Positions 9,195 through 19,112 are shown, numbered from the stretch's first letter. The stretch: DNA of 64,000 nt from Streptomyces virus Wollford (IMGVR_UViG_2974628344_000001:60329-124328), one strand, 5' to 3'. Program-made: numbers and translations. The notes: generated by a model from the sequence alone, not told the origin.

Positions 9195-11015
9195 ATGCCA
9201 GCAGATTTTACTGAGTTTTTCAATGCTCTCTCCGATGAGGATTTCGAAGAGATTCCTGTTGATATTGAGACTTTCGTACAGAGCCAAGACTACTTGGGAA
9301 TGCCTCACCTGTCCGAATATCAATATCAGCTTATTCGTGCCTCCAGTCAAATCTATAAGGAGAGCACGCTTTACAACATTTACGAGGCACAAAAGGCCCG
9401 GCGCAGATGGGAAGAGACATGCAATGAAGTAATTGCATGTCTAGGTAAGGGAAGTGGTAAGGACTTCACATCTACCATTGCCTGTGCCTATATCGTCTAT
9501 CTATTGCTATGTCTTCGTAATCCGGCAAAGTACTTTGGAAAGCCGGTGGGAGACAGCATTGATATCTTGAATATTGCTATTAACGCAGCACAGGCAAACA
9601 ACGTCTTCTTCAAGGGGTTTAAGAGCCGTATCGAAGGCTCACCTTGGTTTGTAGGAAAGTTCACCACTAAGGCGGGTCACATTGCTTTCGATAAAAACGT
9701 CAATGTCTACTCAGGCCACTCAGAGCGTGAAGCCTGGGAGGGCTATAACCTGATCTATTGCGTACTTGACGAGATCTCTGGTTTCGCCATCGACAATACT
9801 TCTGGAAACGAACAGGCTAAGACTGCTGATGCCGTTTATAAGATGTATCGAGCATCTGTCGACTCAAGATTCCCGGCGGAAGGCAAGGTAGTTCTTCTAT
9901 CATTCCCTCGATTCAAGAATGACTTTATCTCTCAGAGATACGATGCAGTAGTTGCTGAAAAGCAGGTGGTTGAAAGAAGTCACACATTCAAGCTTGATCC
10001 AGATCTTCCCGATGAAATTGAAGAAAATAAGTTCAGCATCGCATGGGAAGAGGATCATATTATTTCTTATACCATTCCACGTGTTTATGCTCTAAAGCGT
10101 CCAACATGGGAAGTGAACCCTACAAAGAAGATCACTGACTTCACTAGAGCATTCTTCACTGATCCTGTTGACGCATTGTCTAGATTCGCATGCATGCCGC
10201 CAGACGCAATTGACGCATTCTTCAAGGACAAGGAGAAGGTTGAATCTTCATTCTGCCGACAAAATCCAATTGATGAGGATGGAACGTACTCTCCTGACTT
10301 TGTTCCAAAGGAGGGTGTGCGTTACTATGTCCATGTTGACTTGGCGCAGAAGCACGACCGGTGTGCAGTTGCCCTTGCCCATGTAGAGAAGTTTGTTCAA
10401 AAGAAGATTGGTGGCGAACTAAATGAAGTGCTTCCATTTGTAGTAGTAGATGCTGTACGCTGGTGGACACCTAAGCCTGGTCATGATGTTGACTTTGCCG
10501 ACGTAAGAGAGTATATTACTGGATTGAAGCGCAGAGGTTTCGACCTTCGCCTAGTAACATTTGACCGATGGAACTCTAATGATCAAATGAAGTATTTGCG
10601 CGGTGTAGGAATCAATTCAGAAGTGCTTTCCGTAGCAAAGAAGCATTATGAAGATCTTAGCTGGGTAGTGTATGATCAAAGACTCATCGGTCCTGATGCT
10701 GGTGTTCTTCGCAGAGAGCTGCTACAGTTGAGGATCATGCCCAACGACAAGATCGATCACCCAAGAACTGGATCAAAGGACTTGGCTGACGCTGTCTGCG
10801 GCGCTGTTCACAATGCAATTACACATACTCCTCGCGAAGACAATGCTGTTATTGAAGTGCAGACTTATCAGACTCTTCGACGTGCTGAAATCAAGGCTCG
10901 TGAGGAAGAGCTTGACAGCCAGCGAGAACGTGATAATGTGATTATAGCTCCACGTGAGAGACGAGAGATGCCAGATGACATTCAAGAATATCTCACGAAG
11001 CTAGAAATTATCTAA
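9195..11015 (+). CDS. terL: terminase large subunit
   Basis: Walker A GKGSGKDFT, Walker B VLDEISG, C-terminal RNaseH-like nuclease region; 606 aa. Confidence 0.85.
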   Translation: MPADFTEFFNALSDEDFEEIPVDIETFVQSQDYLGMPHLSEYQYQLIRASSQIYKESTLYNIYEAQKARRRWEETCNEVIACLGKGSGKDFTSTIACAYIVYLLLCLRNPAKYFGKPVGDSIDILNIAINAAQANNVFFKGFKSRIEGSPWFVGKFTTKAGHIAFDKNVNVYSGHSEREAWEGYNLIYCVLDEISGFAIDNTSGNEQAKTADAVYKMYRASVDSRFPAEGKVVLLSFPRFKNDFISQRYDAVVAEKQVVERSHTFKLDPDLPDEIEENKFSIAWEEDHIISYTIPRVYALKRPTWEVNPTKKITDFTRAFFTDPVDALSRFACMPPDAIDAFFKDKEKVESSFCRQNPIDEDGTYSPDFVPKEGVRYYVHVDLAQKHDRCAVALAHVEKFVQKKIGGELNEVLPFVVVDAVRWWTPKPGHDVDFADVREYITGLKRRGFDLRLVTFDRWNSNDQMKYLRGVGINSEVLSVAKKHYEDLSWVVYDQRLIGPDAGVLRRELLQLRIMPNDKIDHPRTGSKDLADAVCGAVHNAITHTPREDNAVIEVQTYQTLRRAEIKAREEELDSQRERDNVIIAPRERREMPDDIQEYLTKLEII

Positions 11016-11028
11016 GGAAAGGCATGCC

Positions 11029-11550
11029 GTGGCAATCTTAAAGCCTAATCGAAAGGAGATTGTTCGGGCCCTTACTGATCGTGATGGACTCATTTGCCAG
11101 TACCCTGGCTGTGTGTTACCCTTCACGAAGGATAATGGTCCGACAATCGACCACTGGTTTCCATTAAGCGCCGGTGGAACTTGGGATTTAGAAAATCTCA
11201 AGCTTATGCACAAGAAGTGTAATGCCGCTAAGGGAGACAAGATCCCTCTTGACGACGGAACCCTTCCTGTGGTAGAAAGAAAGCCGAGAGTAAATCGTGC
11301 TCTCAAGCGTGCTGAGCGTCCAGTAATTTGTGAGTCCTGTCAGTCAGGTCGCCTGCTTGGACCAGATGAAGAATGCGCAAAGTGCGGCAGTGGACCAATG
11401 CCACCAACTTACCCTCAATGGGCTAAGGTAAAGCCAAACGAATGTCCTCACGAGGGCATCTGGTGGTGCTGGTGCTGTATGTCTGGTATCATCGAAAGAG
11501 TACCAGCAAGCAAGTATGTATTTAATGACGGTGAGCCGGGTATCGACTGA
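11029..11550 (+). CDS. HNH endonuclease
   Basis: DHWFPLSAGGTWDLENLKLMHKKCNAAKGD HNH core plus C-terminal Cys cluster; adjacent to terminase. Confidence 0.8.
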   Translation: MAILKPNRKEIVRALTDRDGLICQYPGCVLPFTKDNGPTIDHWFPLSAGGTWDLENLKLMHKKCNAAKGDKIPLDDGTLPVVERKPRVNRALKRAERPVICESCQSGRLLGPDEECAKCGSGPMPPTYPQWAKVKPNECPHEGIWWCWCCMSGIIERVPASKYVFNDGEPGID

Positions 11551-11573
11551 TACCCGGCCCCGGGAAGGATAAA

Positions 11574-12191
11574 ATGTCAACTACAGCAATGTTGCTCATC
11601 GTTGATCGTTCTGGTAGCATGGCTAGCATCCAGATGGAAGCAGAGCAAGCGCTCAATGACTTCCTGTCCAGTCAGAAGGAACTACCTGGACGATGTGGTA
11701 TTCATGTGGTACAGTTCGATGGACAGGTTGAAGATCTGTTTGGACCGCTGCCTCTGGCTGATGCACCTGAGATCAAGATTGTACCTCGCGGAATGACTGC
11801 ACTACTTGACGCAATTGGCAAGTCTGTGACAGAATTCAGACAGACAATGGACCATTTGCCGGTGGATAAGCGACTTGTCGTTATTCTCACCGATGGTCTT
11901 GAGAATGTTTCTCAGGAGTGGGAAGTAAATGCAGTCAATAAGCTGATCAATGAGTCAAGGGAACTTGGTTACGAGTTCATCTTCCTTGCTGCAAATCAGG
12001 ATGCGATTGCAACCGGTGCTCAGATGGGCATTCCAACAGCTTCAAGTCTAACCTTTGCGGCAAGTCCTGCTGGTGTACGTGGTCTTGGTAAGACAATGGA
12101 CGCGTATGTCACCAATTATCGCGCAGGCAAGGCTGCTCAGTTTACTGATCAAGATCGGCAGACAGCGAGCGGCTTGACAGACGAAGACTGA
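11574..12191 (+). CDS. von Willebrand factor A (vWA) domain protein
   Basis: LLIVDRSGSM MIDAS motif, TDGLEN, 205 aa. Confidence 0.7.
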   Translation: MSTTAMLLIVDRSGSMASIQMEAEQALNDFLSSQKELPGRCGIHVVQFDGQVEDLFGPLPLADAPEIKIVPRGMTALLDAIGKSVTEFRQTMDHLPVDKRLVVILTDGLENVSQEWEVNAVNKLINESRELGYEFIFLAANQDAIATGAQMGIPTASSLTFAASPAGVRGLGKTMDAYVTNYRAGKAAQFTDQDRQTASGLTDED

Positions 12192-12297
12192 TCTGTTAAA
12201 GTAGTAAATGTGGGTCGAAGGGCTCGGTCGGTTATCTTACATTGGAATCAGATCGCCATTAAATTGGCACCCGACTCCCAACACTTATCCACATTAT

Positions 12298-12371
12298 GCG
12301 GATGTAGTTTAATGGTAAAACCCCTGCCTTCCAAGCAGACGACGGGAGTTCGATTCTCCTCATCCGCTCCA
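12298..12371 (+). tRNA. tRNA-Gly (UCC), CCA encoded
   Basis: cloverleaf by hand: acceptor gcggatg/catccgc, loop cuUCCaa, T-arm gggagTTCGATTctcct, 3' cca. Confidence 0.8.
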
Positions 12372-12500
12372 TAGACCCGGATTCGCCTCTGTCATCTTTT
12401 GTGATATGCTACCGGCGAGATGTAGTCTAGAATGCATCTCGGTATCTGACCCGGATACGTTAAGAGAGCGCCAGGCTCTACAACTGGCAGGGTAACACAT

Positions 12501-12573
12501 TCCCCATTGGTGTAACTGGCAACACAGCAGACTCTGACTCTGTCGTTCCTAGTTCGAATCTAGGGTGGGGAGC
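12501..12573 (+). tRNA. tRNA-Gln (CUG)
   Basis: acceptor tccccat/gtgggga, anticodon loop cuCUGac, T-arm cctagTTCGAATctagg. Confidence 0.6.
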
Positions 12574-12804
12574 TGGTCCGACTTTACGATATCGGCGGAA
12601 ATAATCGAATCGGAACGCACGCAATAACCTAGGTAAAGGTGCGGAATGAGGAGAGGAAATATGCGGGAAGCGATGGGTAAAACCTCCTCGGACCGACAAT
12701 TTGCGGCCTAGTTGCAGGCCAGAATAGAACAATGGATTTCCCTGGGTTAGGCGCTTACGCCGTTCATTGTTTGAATTCAAAGGGGTCACGCCCAAGCAAC
12801 TTAT

Positions 12805-12876
12805 GCGTCCTTAGTGTAATGGTTTGCACACGAGCTTCCAAACCTCTTAGAGTGGGTTCGATTCCTACAGGACGTG
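12805..12876 (+). tRNA. tRNA-Trp (CCA)-like, weak anticodon stem
   Basis: acceptor gcgtcct/aggacgt, loop uuCCAaa, T-arm gtgggTTCGATTcctac; only 3 bp of anticodon stem pair. Confidence 0.45.
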
Positions 12877-12883
12877 CTTTGAA

Positions 12884-12916
12884 TAAAACCCCGGTGTCTA
12901 ATAGCACCGGGGTTTA
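12884..12916 (+). terminator. Rho-independent terminator
   Basis: aaaaccccggtg tctaata gcaccggggttt. Confidence 0.65.
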
Positions 12917-12930
12917 GCATTAGGAGACAA

Positions 12931-13377
12931 ATGGGATACTACACTAGATATCAATTAGAAATCGTAAGAGACAGTGAAAGAGCCAACGATCTCATTGACG
13001 ATGCTGAGAATGTCACAATTCCTGGAAGCTACGATCTGAATCTATCTAGATTGATCAATGGCAATTACGATACCATGAAGTGGTATGACTGGGAAAAGGA
13101 CATGGCATCTCTATCAAGAGATTGGCCAAACGTCCTCTTTGCTCTAAGTGGAGAGGGCGAAGAGCCTGGTGATCTCTGGAAGGCTTGGGTAAGAAACGGT
13201 AAGGTCATTAAGGTTCAAGGTAGAATCGTCTACGATGTACCCGACCTTGACAAGGTGCTTCCAGTCAACGATACTGTGGAAAAGGAATACAAGGCACAGA
13301 AGAAGGCAGAGCTTCAAGCCACCATTATGGATCTTGAGAACAGGTTGGCGAAGCTAAAGGGACTATCTAAGGATTGA
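12931..13377 (+). CDS. hypothetical protein (C-terminal coiled coil)
   Basis: 148-aa ORF after terminator. Confidence 0.45.
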   Translation: MGYYTRYQLEIVRDSERANDLIDDAENVTIPGSYDLNLSRLINGNYDTMKWYDWEKDMASLSRDWPNVLFALSGEGEEPGDLWKAWVRNGKVIKVQGRIVYDVPDLDKVLPVNDTVEKEYKAQKKAELQATIMDLENRLAKLKGLSKD

Positions 13378-13378
13378 A

Positions 13379-13537
13379 ATGGCACTAGTTGGAACTGGCA
13401 ATACTTGTTGGTTTCAGCGATGTGGCAATGCTCCAATTCACCGAATTAGATATCATAATAAAACTGTGATGGTTTGCAATAAGCACAAGAATCTCGATGG
13501 ATTAGGATGTTTGCCAAGTCGCAGACGACCAAAGTGA
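13379..13537 (+). CDS. small Cys-rich zinc-ribbon protein
   Basis: 52-aa ORF not in track (below 60 aa): MALVGTGNTCWFQRCGNAPIHRIRYHNKTVMVCNKHKN... Confidence 0.3.
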   Translation: MALVGTGNTCWFQRCGNAPIHRIRYHNKTVMVCNKHKNLDGLGCLPSRRRPK

Positions 13538-13609
13538 TTGAGAAATTTGCTTGATATCCGAATATCCTTTACTCTAGTTATGACCTTTTAAGGTCAATCT
13601 TTAACTGGG

Positions 13610-14605
13610 GTGAAGGATATGGTCGATAGACCACCCACAGAACAAATGCCTTCCAGAAAGAGAAGAGAAGGCATTGACCTAGAGGCCATTGTTGCAGCCG
13701 TTAATGCACAAGTTATTGCAGAACGAGATGTTATTTCTATTCCTGGCCCTAAAGGTGAAAAGGGTGATAAAGGTGAAGACGGTCCGCAAGGAGAATCAGG
13801 AAAGTCTGCCTGGAAAGAATGGATTGACGCAGGCAATTCTGGAGATGCCAGAGAGTTTCTGAATGCTCTCACTGGACCAATGGGTCCTCAAGGAATCGAA
13901 GGTCCGCAAGGACCACGCGGTGAACCTGGAAGAGATGGAACATCTGTAAAGGGTGAAACAGGCCCAAAGGGTGAAAGAGGAGATCCAGGACCAGTTGGAA
14001 TGACTGGACCTCAAGGTGTCCAGGGCCCTCCAGGCGAATCAATCATTGGTCCAAAGGGAGATCAGGGGCCGCAAGGAATTCAAGGCGTGCCTGGTCCTGT
14101 AGGCCCAGAAGGATCACAGGGTATTCAAGGACCAATTGGACCTCCGGGACCCAAAGGTGACCAAGGAATTCAGGGCCTAAAGGGCGATAAGGGAGATTCC
14201 GGCATTCAGGGAATTCCTGGCCCACAAGGCTTGAAGGGTGATCAAGGTATAGCTGGCCCAAGTGGATCAAAGGGTGACAAGGGTGACCCTGCTACTGTAT
14301 ACTCAGATGGACAGGCAAGAACGAATGTCAAGATCATCACCGGAAAGGTGTTGACAGATGCCACCGGAAAGTTTACAGTAGATCTATCAGGTGCTGGACT
14401 TACAACGATCTATTCAGCTACGGCGACTGCTGCTGCAACGGATGCGACAGCGGCCGGTGTTGGAATGGTCAGCATTCAGACCTTGACAACTACCTCTCTA
14501 GTAGGTACAGTAGTAAGAGCATCACAACTAAGTGTTCTTGGTATCCTATCTGTAACACTTGTTGGATCTGGAAGAAATGTCTACTACACCGTAATAGGAA
14601 GTTGA
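13610..14605 (+). CDS. collagen-like (Gly-X-Y repeat) structural protein, probable tail fibre
   Basis: about 70 uninterrupted G-X-Y triplets ([19 protein letters not shown]...) followed by a non-collagen Thr/Ala-rich C-terminal domain. Confidence 0.85.
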   Translation: MKDMVDRPPTEQMPSRKRREGIDLEAIVAAVNAQVIAERDVISIPGPKGEKGDKGEDGPQGESGKSAWKEWIDAGNSGDAREFLNALTGPMGPQGIEGPQGPRGEPGRDGTSVKGETGPKGERGDPGPVGMTGPQGVQGPPGESIIGPKGDQGPQGIQGVPGPVGPEGSQGIQGPIGPPGPKGDQGIQGLKGDKGDSGIQGIPGPQGLKGDQGIAGPSGSKGDKGDPATVYSDGQARTNVKIITGKVLTDATGKFTVDLSGAGLTTIYSATATAAATDATAAGVGMVSIQTLTTTSLVGTVVRASQLSVLGILSVTLVGSGRNVYYTVIGS

Positions 14606-14675
14606 CACGATCTGCTGGGTCTGCTAAGATTAAGTACAACGCAGCAAGCAAACATCACACATTGGTTGCTGCTAT

Positions 14676-14747
14676 CAGGCACGGGGAAGATGGTAATCCG
14701 TTGGCTTTGGAAGCCTAAGACACTCGGTTCGATTCCGAGGTGCCTGA
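14676..14747 (+). tRNA. tRNA-Pro (UGG)
   Basis: acceptor caggcac/gtgcctg, loop uuUGGaa, T-arm ctcggTTCGATTccgag. Confidence 0.65.
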
Positions 14748-14771
14748 CCGAATGCAGTTCCTAGGGGCTGC

Positions 14772-14850
14772 ACGTCCTGCGGGCGCGATGATTGGAATGG
14801 TAAGGTGACGTCCTGCCATCAAGGTTCAACTCCTTGCGCGTCGCGAACTG
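14772..14850 (+). tRNA. tRNA-like element (T-arm caaggTTCAACTccttg); acceptor pairing not resolved by eye
   Basis: canonical T-loop at 14823-14833 inside ORF-free stretch between two tRNAs. Confidence 0.3.
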
Positions 14851-14876
14851 GGTGTGATACGATAACTCACAACAAC

Positions 14877-14947
14877 TGGTACTAGTGTATGGGGAAGCAC
14901 GAGACATTTGGGATGTTTTAGGCGGAGTTCGAGTCTCCGGTACCGGA
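14877..14947 (+). tRNA. tRNA-Pro (UGG) second copy (G37)
   Basis: acceptor ctggtac/gtaccgg, anticodon stem agaca/tgttt, loop uuUGGga, T-arm cggagTTCGAGTctccg. Confidence 0.55.
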
Positions 14948-14949
14948 CA

Positions 14950-15015
14950 ATTTGGGTCGAATGGGATACGGTTATCACTCAATGGATAATAGGTTCGATT
15001 CCTATCGCTGGGTTC
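14950..15015 (+). tRNA. tRNA-like element (T-arm ataggTTCGATTcctat), 5' half not resolved
   Basis: T-loop at 14993-15003; no matching acceptor found by eye. Confidence 0.25.
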
Positions 15016-15110
15016 GCCTGGTAGATACAAGTCATCTGAGATTGTGTGTGGTAGGATGACATTAAGGACTACACACTCTCCGTTCCCGCCTTATACCTAA
15101 AGGAATTACC

Positions 15111-15632
15111 ATGACAGTACTTCTGAGAACGATTCATGGCTCTCATTTGTATGGCCTAGCTCATGCAGATTCCGACAAAGACATTTACGAAGTAATTGCT
15201 ACCAGTCGGACTAAGCGTAAGCGAAACATTAAGCAAACCATTTCTGATGGAGTTGACAAGACAGTAGTCGATATGTCAACATTTATGAGAATGGTTGATG
15301 AATGCGTACCTCAAGCACTTGAAGCGCTATGGACGCCGGTAGCTGAGATCGACAAGATCCACGAATTCCGGACACAATATCGAGTGAATCGCGCCAAGAT
15401 GAAAGATGTGTACGTACGAACTGCCCTTAACTTTGCTAAGGGTGATGGGGTAAAGCAGAAGAAGCACGCAGTGCGATTGCTGCTGAATCTTGGTCACACT
15501 TTGGAGTTTGGAAAGTTCAATCCTCGATTGGATGCAATGGATAAGATCATTATCAATGCATCTGTCGGAGACGCGGGAAAGTATGATGCCGTGTTCGACG
15601 CTCTAATTGATGAGGTCGGCCGGTGGATATGA
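15111..15632 (+). CDS. small Pol-beta-superfamily nucleotidyltransferase (putative)
   Basis: N-terminal hGSHLYGLAHADSDKDIY = GS-x9-13-DxD nucleotidyltransferase signature; 173 aa. Confidence 0.45.
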   Translation: MTVLLRTIHGSHLYGLAHADSDKDIYEVIATSRTKRKRNIKQTISDGVDKTVVDMSTFMRMVDECVPQALEALWTPVAEIDKIHEFRTQYRVNRAKMKDVYVRTALNFAKGDGVKQKKHAVRLLLNLGHTLEFGKFNPRLDAMDKIIINASVGDAGKYDAVFDALIDEVGRWI

Positions 15633-15641
15633 TCCCACCAC

Positions 15642-15718
15642 TGGGGCGTATACCCTCTGTCTGATAAACAGTTGAAAGGTTAAGTGGTCACATGTGGGTT
15701 CAACTCCCACCGTCCCAA
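15642..15718 (+). tRNA. tRNA-like (possible Ile GAU), atypical D region
   Basis: acceptor tggggcg/cgtccca, stem-loop ctgt-cuGAUaa-acag, T-arm gtgggTTCAACTcccac; D arm too short, extra 22 nt before T arm. Confidence 0.35.
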
Positions 15719-15755
15719 CTGGTCTCCTTGGTGAGACAATAACGAAAATAGAATC

Positions 15756-17570
15756 ATGGTGGAACTCAACAAGACACATTCAAAAGAACTTGTGAGCCGC
15801 CCCAGCTCAGACCTAGAGCCCAGCTCTAGGTCTTTTAGGCTTTTCAATGCCAAGCATAGGGGCGTATTTAAGCATGTCTCAGGGGGAGCAAGACTGAGCT
15901 TGACAAGTCTTGTTGACTGGTTGACCGTAGCTGACTACAAAATTGAGATTGCTAAGGCTAAGCATGATGGCAACTTCGAGAAGGCACGTAAGCTACGAAA
16001 TGAACAAATGCAGGCGGCACAACCACGCAGGAAGCGTTTTTACATTGCTTCTGCTGGTGTTCTAGCCGGTCTGACGTACCTTGTCAGTAAGATGGGTGGA
16101 GTCGTCCTCGGGGCGGTGCTAGTAGCTATGCTTGTGTACTTTGTCATTACAGCAATGAATAATAAGTCATTTGTGTTTGGTGAAGAAGCAGAAGAGGAAT
16201 CTCTAACAGAACCATTTCCTATTGCTGATGCTCGAAACAGAGATGAAGCAATTGAATGTCTGCGCAGGGCGCTTATTGCAGAAGGTCTGACTCCAAGAAC
16301 TATTCTTGATCCAACTAGATATGATTGGGGATGGGAATTTACGGTCGTCCTTCGCAAGGGAAAGCCTGATGATGTACAGGCAAAGGCAAAGGAAATGGAA
16401 ACTCTGATGAGACTTCCAACTGATGGAATGCTTATTGCAGCAACTCGTTTCCGTGCAGAGATCATCATCAGACTTATGGAAAGAGACCCATTTGAAAATA
16501 TGGTTGCACTTCCAAAGGCTGAGCCTCTTAGCAGAACGATCAATAGCAAGTACAAGATTGCACAGAGAATGGATGGCGTTCCTCTAGAGCTGTCATTGCT
16601 TAGAAATCATGCAGTCATTATCGCCGCGCCCGGTGGTGGTAAGTCCATGTTCATGAGAGCACTAGCAGAAATTACTACTAGCTGCAAAGACTGCGTGACA
16701 TGGGACATTGATGCTGCTGGTAACGGTCTTGAAGTCTTTGGAGATGCTGTTTCCAGGCGAGGCAGGACTGATGAGGAAATTGAAGAAATGCTAGCCGAGG
16801 CTTTGGAGTACACGAAGATTCGTGCAAAGAAGCTGACGAAGCTACGCATGGGAGATAATTGGCGTCCAAGCCCTGAGCATCCAGCTATTGTGATCTTTAT
16901 TGATGAGTTTATCCAGCTCAGCAGAAAGGCGAAGGATCTTGCTATTGAGATCATTCGTAACGGACGAAAGTCTGCAATCACAGTAATTCTGGCCGCGCAG
17001 GAAGCAACGAAGGATGCTCTTGGTGCTGCTATTGCCAATGGAATTTCCATTAAGATCATGTTTGCTTCTCGTCACGCAGATATCACTTTGGTATTTGGTG
17101 AAGGTTCAATCAGTCAAGGATGGCGTCCAGACAAGCTACATCCTGCTTCCGGTGATGATCCAGAAGATGCAGGTAAGTGTTACATTATGGGCGGCGGATC
17201 AAGAGAGCCTTATCTATATAAGGCATATCCAATCGAGCCTGATACTGCTATTGAGATAGGTGATGAAAGAGCCGGTGCAGGAATGCCAGAGCTTGACAAG
17301 GATACCTACCTTGATGTTACAGTGACAGACACAACAGACCGAGTGCTTCTTGAAAACATCATTGATGTGTTTGAGAACTTTGACGAACACGACTGGTTGC
17401 CTGCCAAGATCCTAATCTCTGAACTACGAGGTTACGGACACAACTTGACAGCACGTCAGTTGCATGAGATTCTTGGTGATACCGGTCGAGACAGCCGTAT
17501 CTGGGAAGGTTCCAAGTACAAGGTCGCCGGTTACTTTAGAAAGAACATCGAGAAGCAACTGGAGCAATAA
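15756..17570 (+). CDS. FtsK/SpoIIIE-like DNA translocase ATPase with N-terminal membrane segments
   Basis: two hydrophobic helices near N-terminus; Walker A AAPGGGKS, Walker B VIFIDEF; 604 aa. Confidence 0.65.
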   Translation: MVELNKTHSKELVSRPSSDLEPSSRSFRLFNAKHRGVFKHVSGGARLSLTSLVDWLTVADYKIEIAKAKHDGNFEKARKLRNEQMQAAQPRRKRFYIASAGVLAGLTYLVSKMGGVVLGAVLVAMLVYFVITAMNNKSFVFGEEAEEESLTEPFPIADARNRDEAIECLRRALIAEGLTPRTILDPTRYDWGWEFTVVLRKGKPDDVQAKAKEMETLMRLPTDGMLIAATRFRAEIIIRLMERDPFENMVALPKAEPLSRTINSKYKIAQRMDGVPLELSLLRNHAVIIAAPGGGKSMFMRALAEITTSCKDCVTWDIDAAGNGLEVFGDAVSRRGRTDEEIEEMLAEALEYTKIRAKKLTKLRMGDNWRPSPEHPAIVIFIDEFIQLSRKAKDLAIEIIRNGRKSAITVILAAQEATKDALGAAIANGISIKIMFASRHADITLVFGEGSISQGWRPDKLHPASGDDPEDAGKCYIMGGGSREPYLYKAYPIEPDTAIEIGDERAGAGMPELDKDTYLDVTVTDTTDRVLLENIIDVFENFDEHDWLPAKILISELRGYGHNLTARQLHEILGDTGRDSRIWEGSKYKVAGYFRKNIEKQLEQ

Positions 17571-17785
17571 TGGAAATGTTGATGGTTGGCCCGGTGTTCC
17601 TGTGGGGTCTGGTCAGTCTCTTTCTTGTAAAGAAGAAGGGCAGGCAGTGGCCAGACCTTATTTGGGGAATTCTCGGTGGACTTATTGTCGCCAAGCTATT
17701 TCCGCAAACCGTAGACAGCGTATTTAACCTGTTTAGCGGTGCATGGGATGCCATTGTCAGTGTCTTCAACAGTGTTAGTGGTTGA
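17570..17785 (+). CDS. small membrane protein (2 TM)
   Basis: 71 aa, two hydrophobic helices, start overlaps upstream stop (TAATGG). Confidence 0.4.
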   Translation: MEMLMVGPVFLWGLVSLFLVKKKGRQWPDLIWGILGGLIVAKLFPQTVDSVFNLFSGAWDAIVSVFNSVSG

Positions 17786-17833
17786 CAGATTGTCTGACAC
17801 GTTGTAAGCTTTAGCTAAAGGTCTTCGGACCGA

Positions 17834-17907
17834 GCGCCTGTAGCATATTAGGTAGATGCGCCAGTCTTATATACTGGAGAAAGCGGGTTCAAATCCCGCC
17901 GGGCGTA
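17834..17907 (+). tRNA. tRNA-Ile (UAU)
   Basis: acceptor gcgcctg/cgggcgt, D gcat/atgc, anticodon stem ccagt/actgg, loop cuUAUau, T-arm gcgggTTCAAATcccgc. Confidence 0.75.
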
Positions 17908-17934
17908 CTTGTACTGTTAATTGAGAGGATCAGT

Positions 17935-18102
17935 ATGGCTCTTTCTAATTTGTTTCCTGTGGGAACGCGAGTGAAGGTTACTCGTGGATCTTTTAAGAAC
18001 AAGCGGGGACGGGTTGAAAAGCTTGGCCCTGGAAAGATCGTCGTCCTTGACGATGGAACACCATTGTACGGTTTCAGCGATGAAATGGTAAAGGCGGTAT
18101 GA
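17935..18102 (+). CDS. KOW-like small protein (paralogue family)
   Basis: 55 aa not in track; VGTRVKVTRGSFKNKRGRVEKLG = KOW/SH3-like motif. Confidence 0.45.
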   Translation: MALSNLFPVGTRVKVTRGSFKNKRGRVEKLGPGKIVVLDDGTPLYGFSDEMVKAV

Positions 18103-18309
18103 TGGAAAACAAGGAACAACTAGAAGAGGGAACAAAGATTCTCATTGGCCGTGAGAAGGCTAAGGCCGAGGTCTTTTCCCTTGGAACAAATCCAGATCTC
18201 ATCAAGGCTCTTATGCTTGATGGAGCGCATGAGGGATCAGTTATGCATGTTGTACTTAAGCAAGTACAGCTTGACAACTGAACACCGGGCCTGATATAGT
18301 CAGGCTATT

Positions 18310-18394
18310 GGCGGGTAAGCGATTGGTTAGCAGTCGTGTTGGAAGCACGATAAGGGTGTTAAAGCCCGGCAGAGTTCGATTCTCTGGCCCGCCG
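18310..18394 (+). tRNA. tRNA-Ser (GGA), long variable arm
   Basis: acceptor ggcgggt/gcccgcc, loop uuGGAag, extra arm, T-arm cagagTTCGATTctctg. Confidence 0.75.
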
Positions 18395-18405
18395 CTGGAG
18401 GTGCT

Positions 18406-18633
18406 ATGATTATCTGTGGAGACATGGTTAGAGTAAAGCACAACCGTGAGAATGTTGATCCTGCTTATTACGGTAAGCGTGGTCGGGTTCACAAGCGTAC
18501 TCGATTTCTTAAGAGGCTCGGTGCCGGTGAGTACGAAATTATGTTCTTCGAAAAGGATCTAAATCATCCAATTATGGGTGTAATGGGAGGATTCCTTGAA
18601 GAGGATCTAGAAGTTGTTGGCGGTAAGTGCTGA
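18406..18633 (+). CDS. KOW-like small protein (paralogue family)
   Basis: GDMVRVKHNR...YYGKRGRVHKR motif. Confidence 0.45.
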   Translation: MIICGDMVRVKHNRENVDPAYYGKRGRVHKRTRFLKRLGAGEYEIMFFEKDLNHPIMGVMGGFLEEDLEVVGGKC

Positions 18634-18642
18634 CAGCTTTAT

Positions 18643-18730
18643 GGAAGTGTTAACGTTGGCAGCGTGGAAGGCTCTTGAAAAGCCTACGGTATAGTGATAT
18701 ACCGCGTGAGTTCGAATCTCACCACTTCCG
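18643..18730 (+). tRNA. tRNA-Ser (UGA), long variable arm
   Basis: acceptor ggaagtg/cacttcc, loop cuUGAaa, extra arm, T-arm gtgagTTCGAATctcac. Confidence 0.75.
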
Positions 18731-18733
18731 CTT

Positions 18734-18764
18734 AGTCCGGTGCATAATAGCACCGGACTTTTTC
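18734..18764 (+). terminator. Rho-independent terminator
   Basis: agtccggtgc ataata gcaccggact ttttc. Confidence 0.7.
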
Positions 18765-18923
18765 ATAGGAGCACTATGCTAGGAAAAGGAAAGAAGCAAA
18801 AGGACTGCTATCACATCAATGTGAGATCAATTCACGGTGATGAGATTATCCACAGTGGATACAAGCGGGCCTACTGCTACGATTGCGAACGATATCTACA
18901 AACATTGCCACCGAAAGGGCGAA

Positions 18924-19112
18924 ATGGCTAAGTCAAAGAAAGAGCTGGAAGCCCAGCTAAAGACTTTCCAGAAGGACGTTTCAAAGTACGAAGCCCTTAG
19001 AGATAAGGCATTAAAGGATGGAAATAAGAAAAAGGCTGCCGATTATGCAATGGCTGTAGCCGGACTCAAGAATTCCATCAAGGAAATCGGAACACAACTA
19101 AGGAATATGTGA
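18924..19112 (+). CDS. small basic coiled-coil protein
   Basis: MAKSKKELEAQLKTFQKDV...; internal Met of track ORF 18837..19112. Confidence 0.35.
   Translation: MAKSKKELEAQLKTFQKDVSKYEALRDKALKDGNKKKAADYAMAVAGLKNSIKEIGTQLRNM

Noticed and set aside
12478-12795. 105-aa minus-strand ORF across the first tRNA cluster (also 14761..15030, 16040..17075, 27600..28020, 34718..34957, 37700..37915, 40306..40548 minus ORFs)
   Set aside because: They overlap hand-folded tRNAs or well-supported + strand genes, have no start context and odd composition. They are treated as antisense artefacts.
13610-14605. Periodic 9-nt repeat pattern that could be mistaken for a tandem repeat or CRISPR-like array
   Set aside because: The periodicity is the Gly-X-Y codon repeat of a collagen-like protein. 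There are no spacer/repeat units of CRISPR size anywhere in the window.
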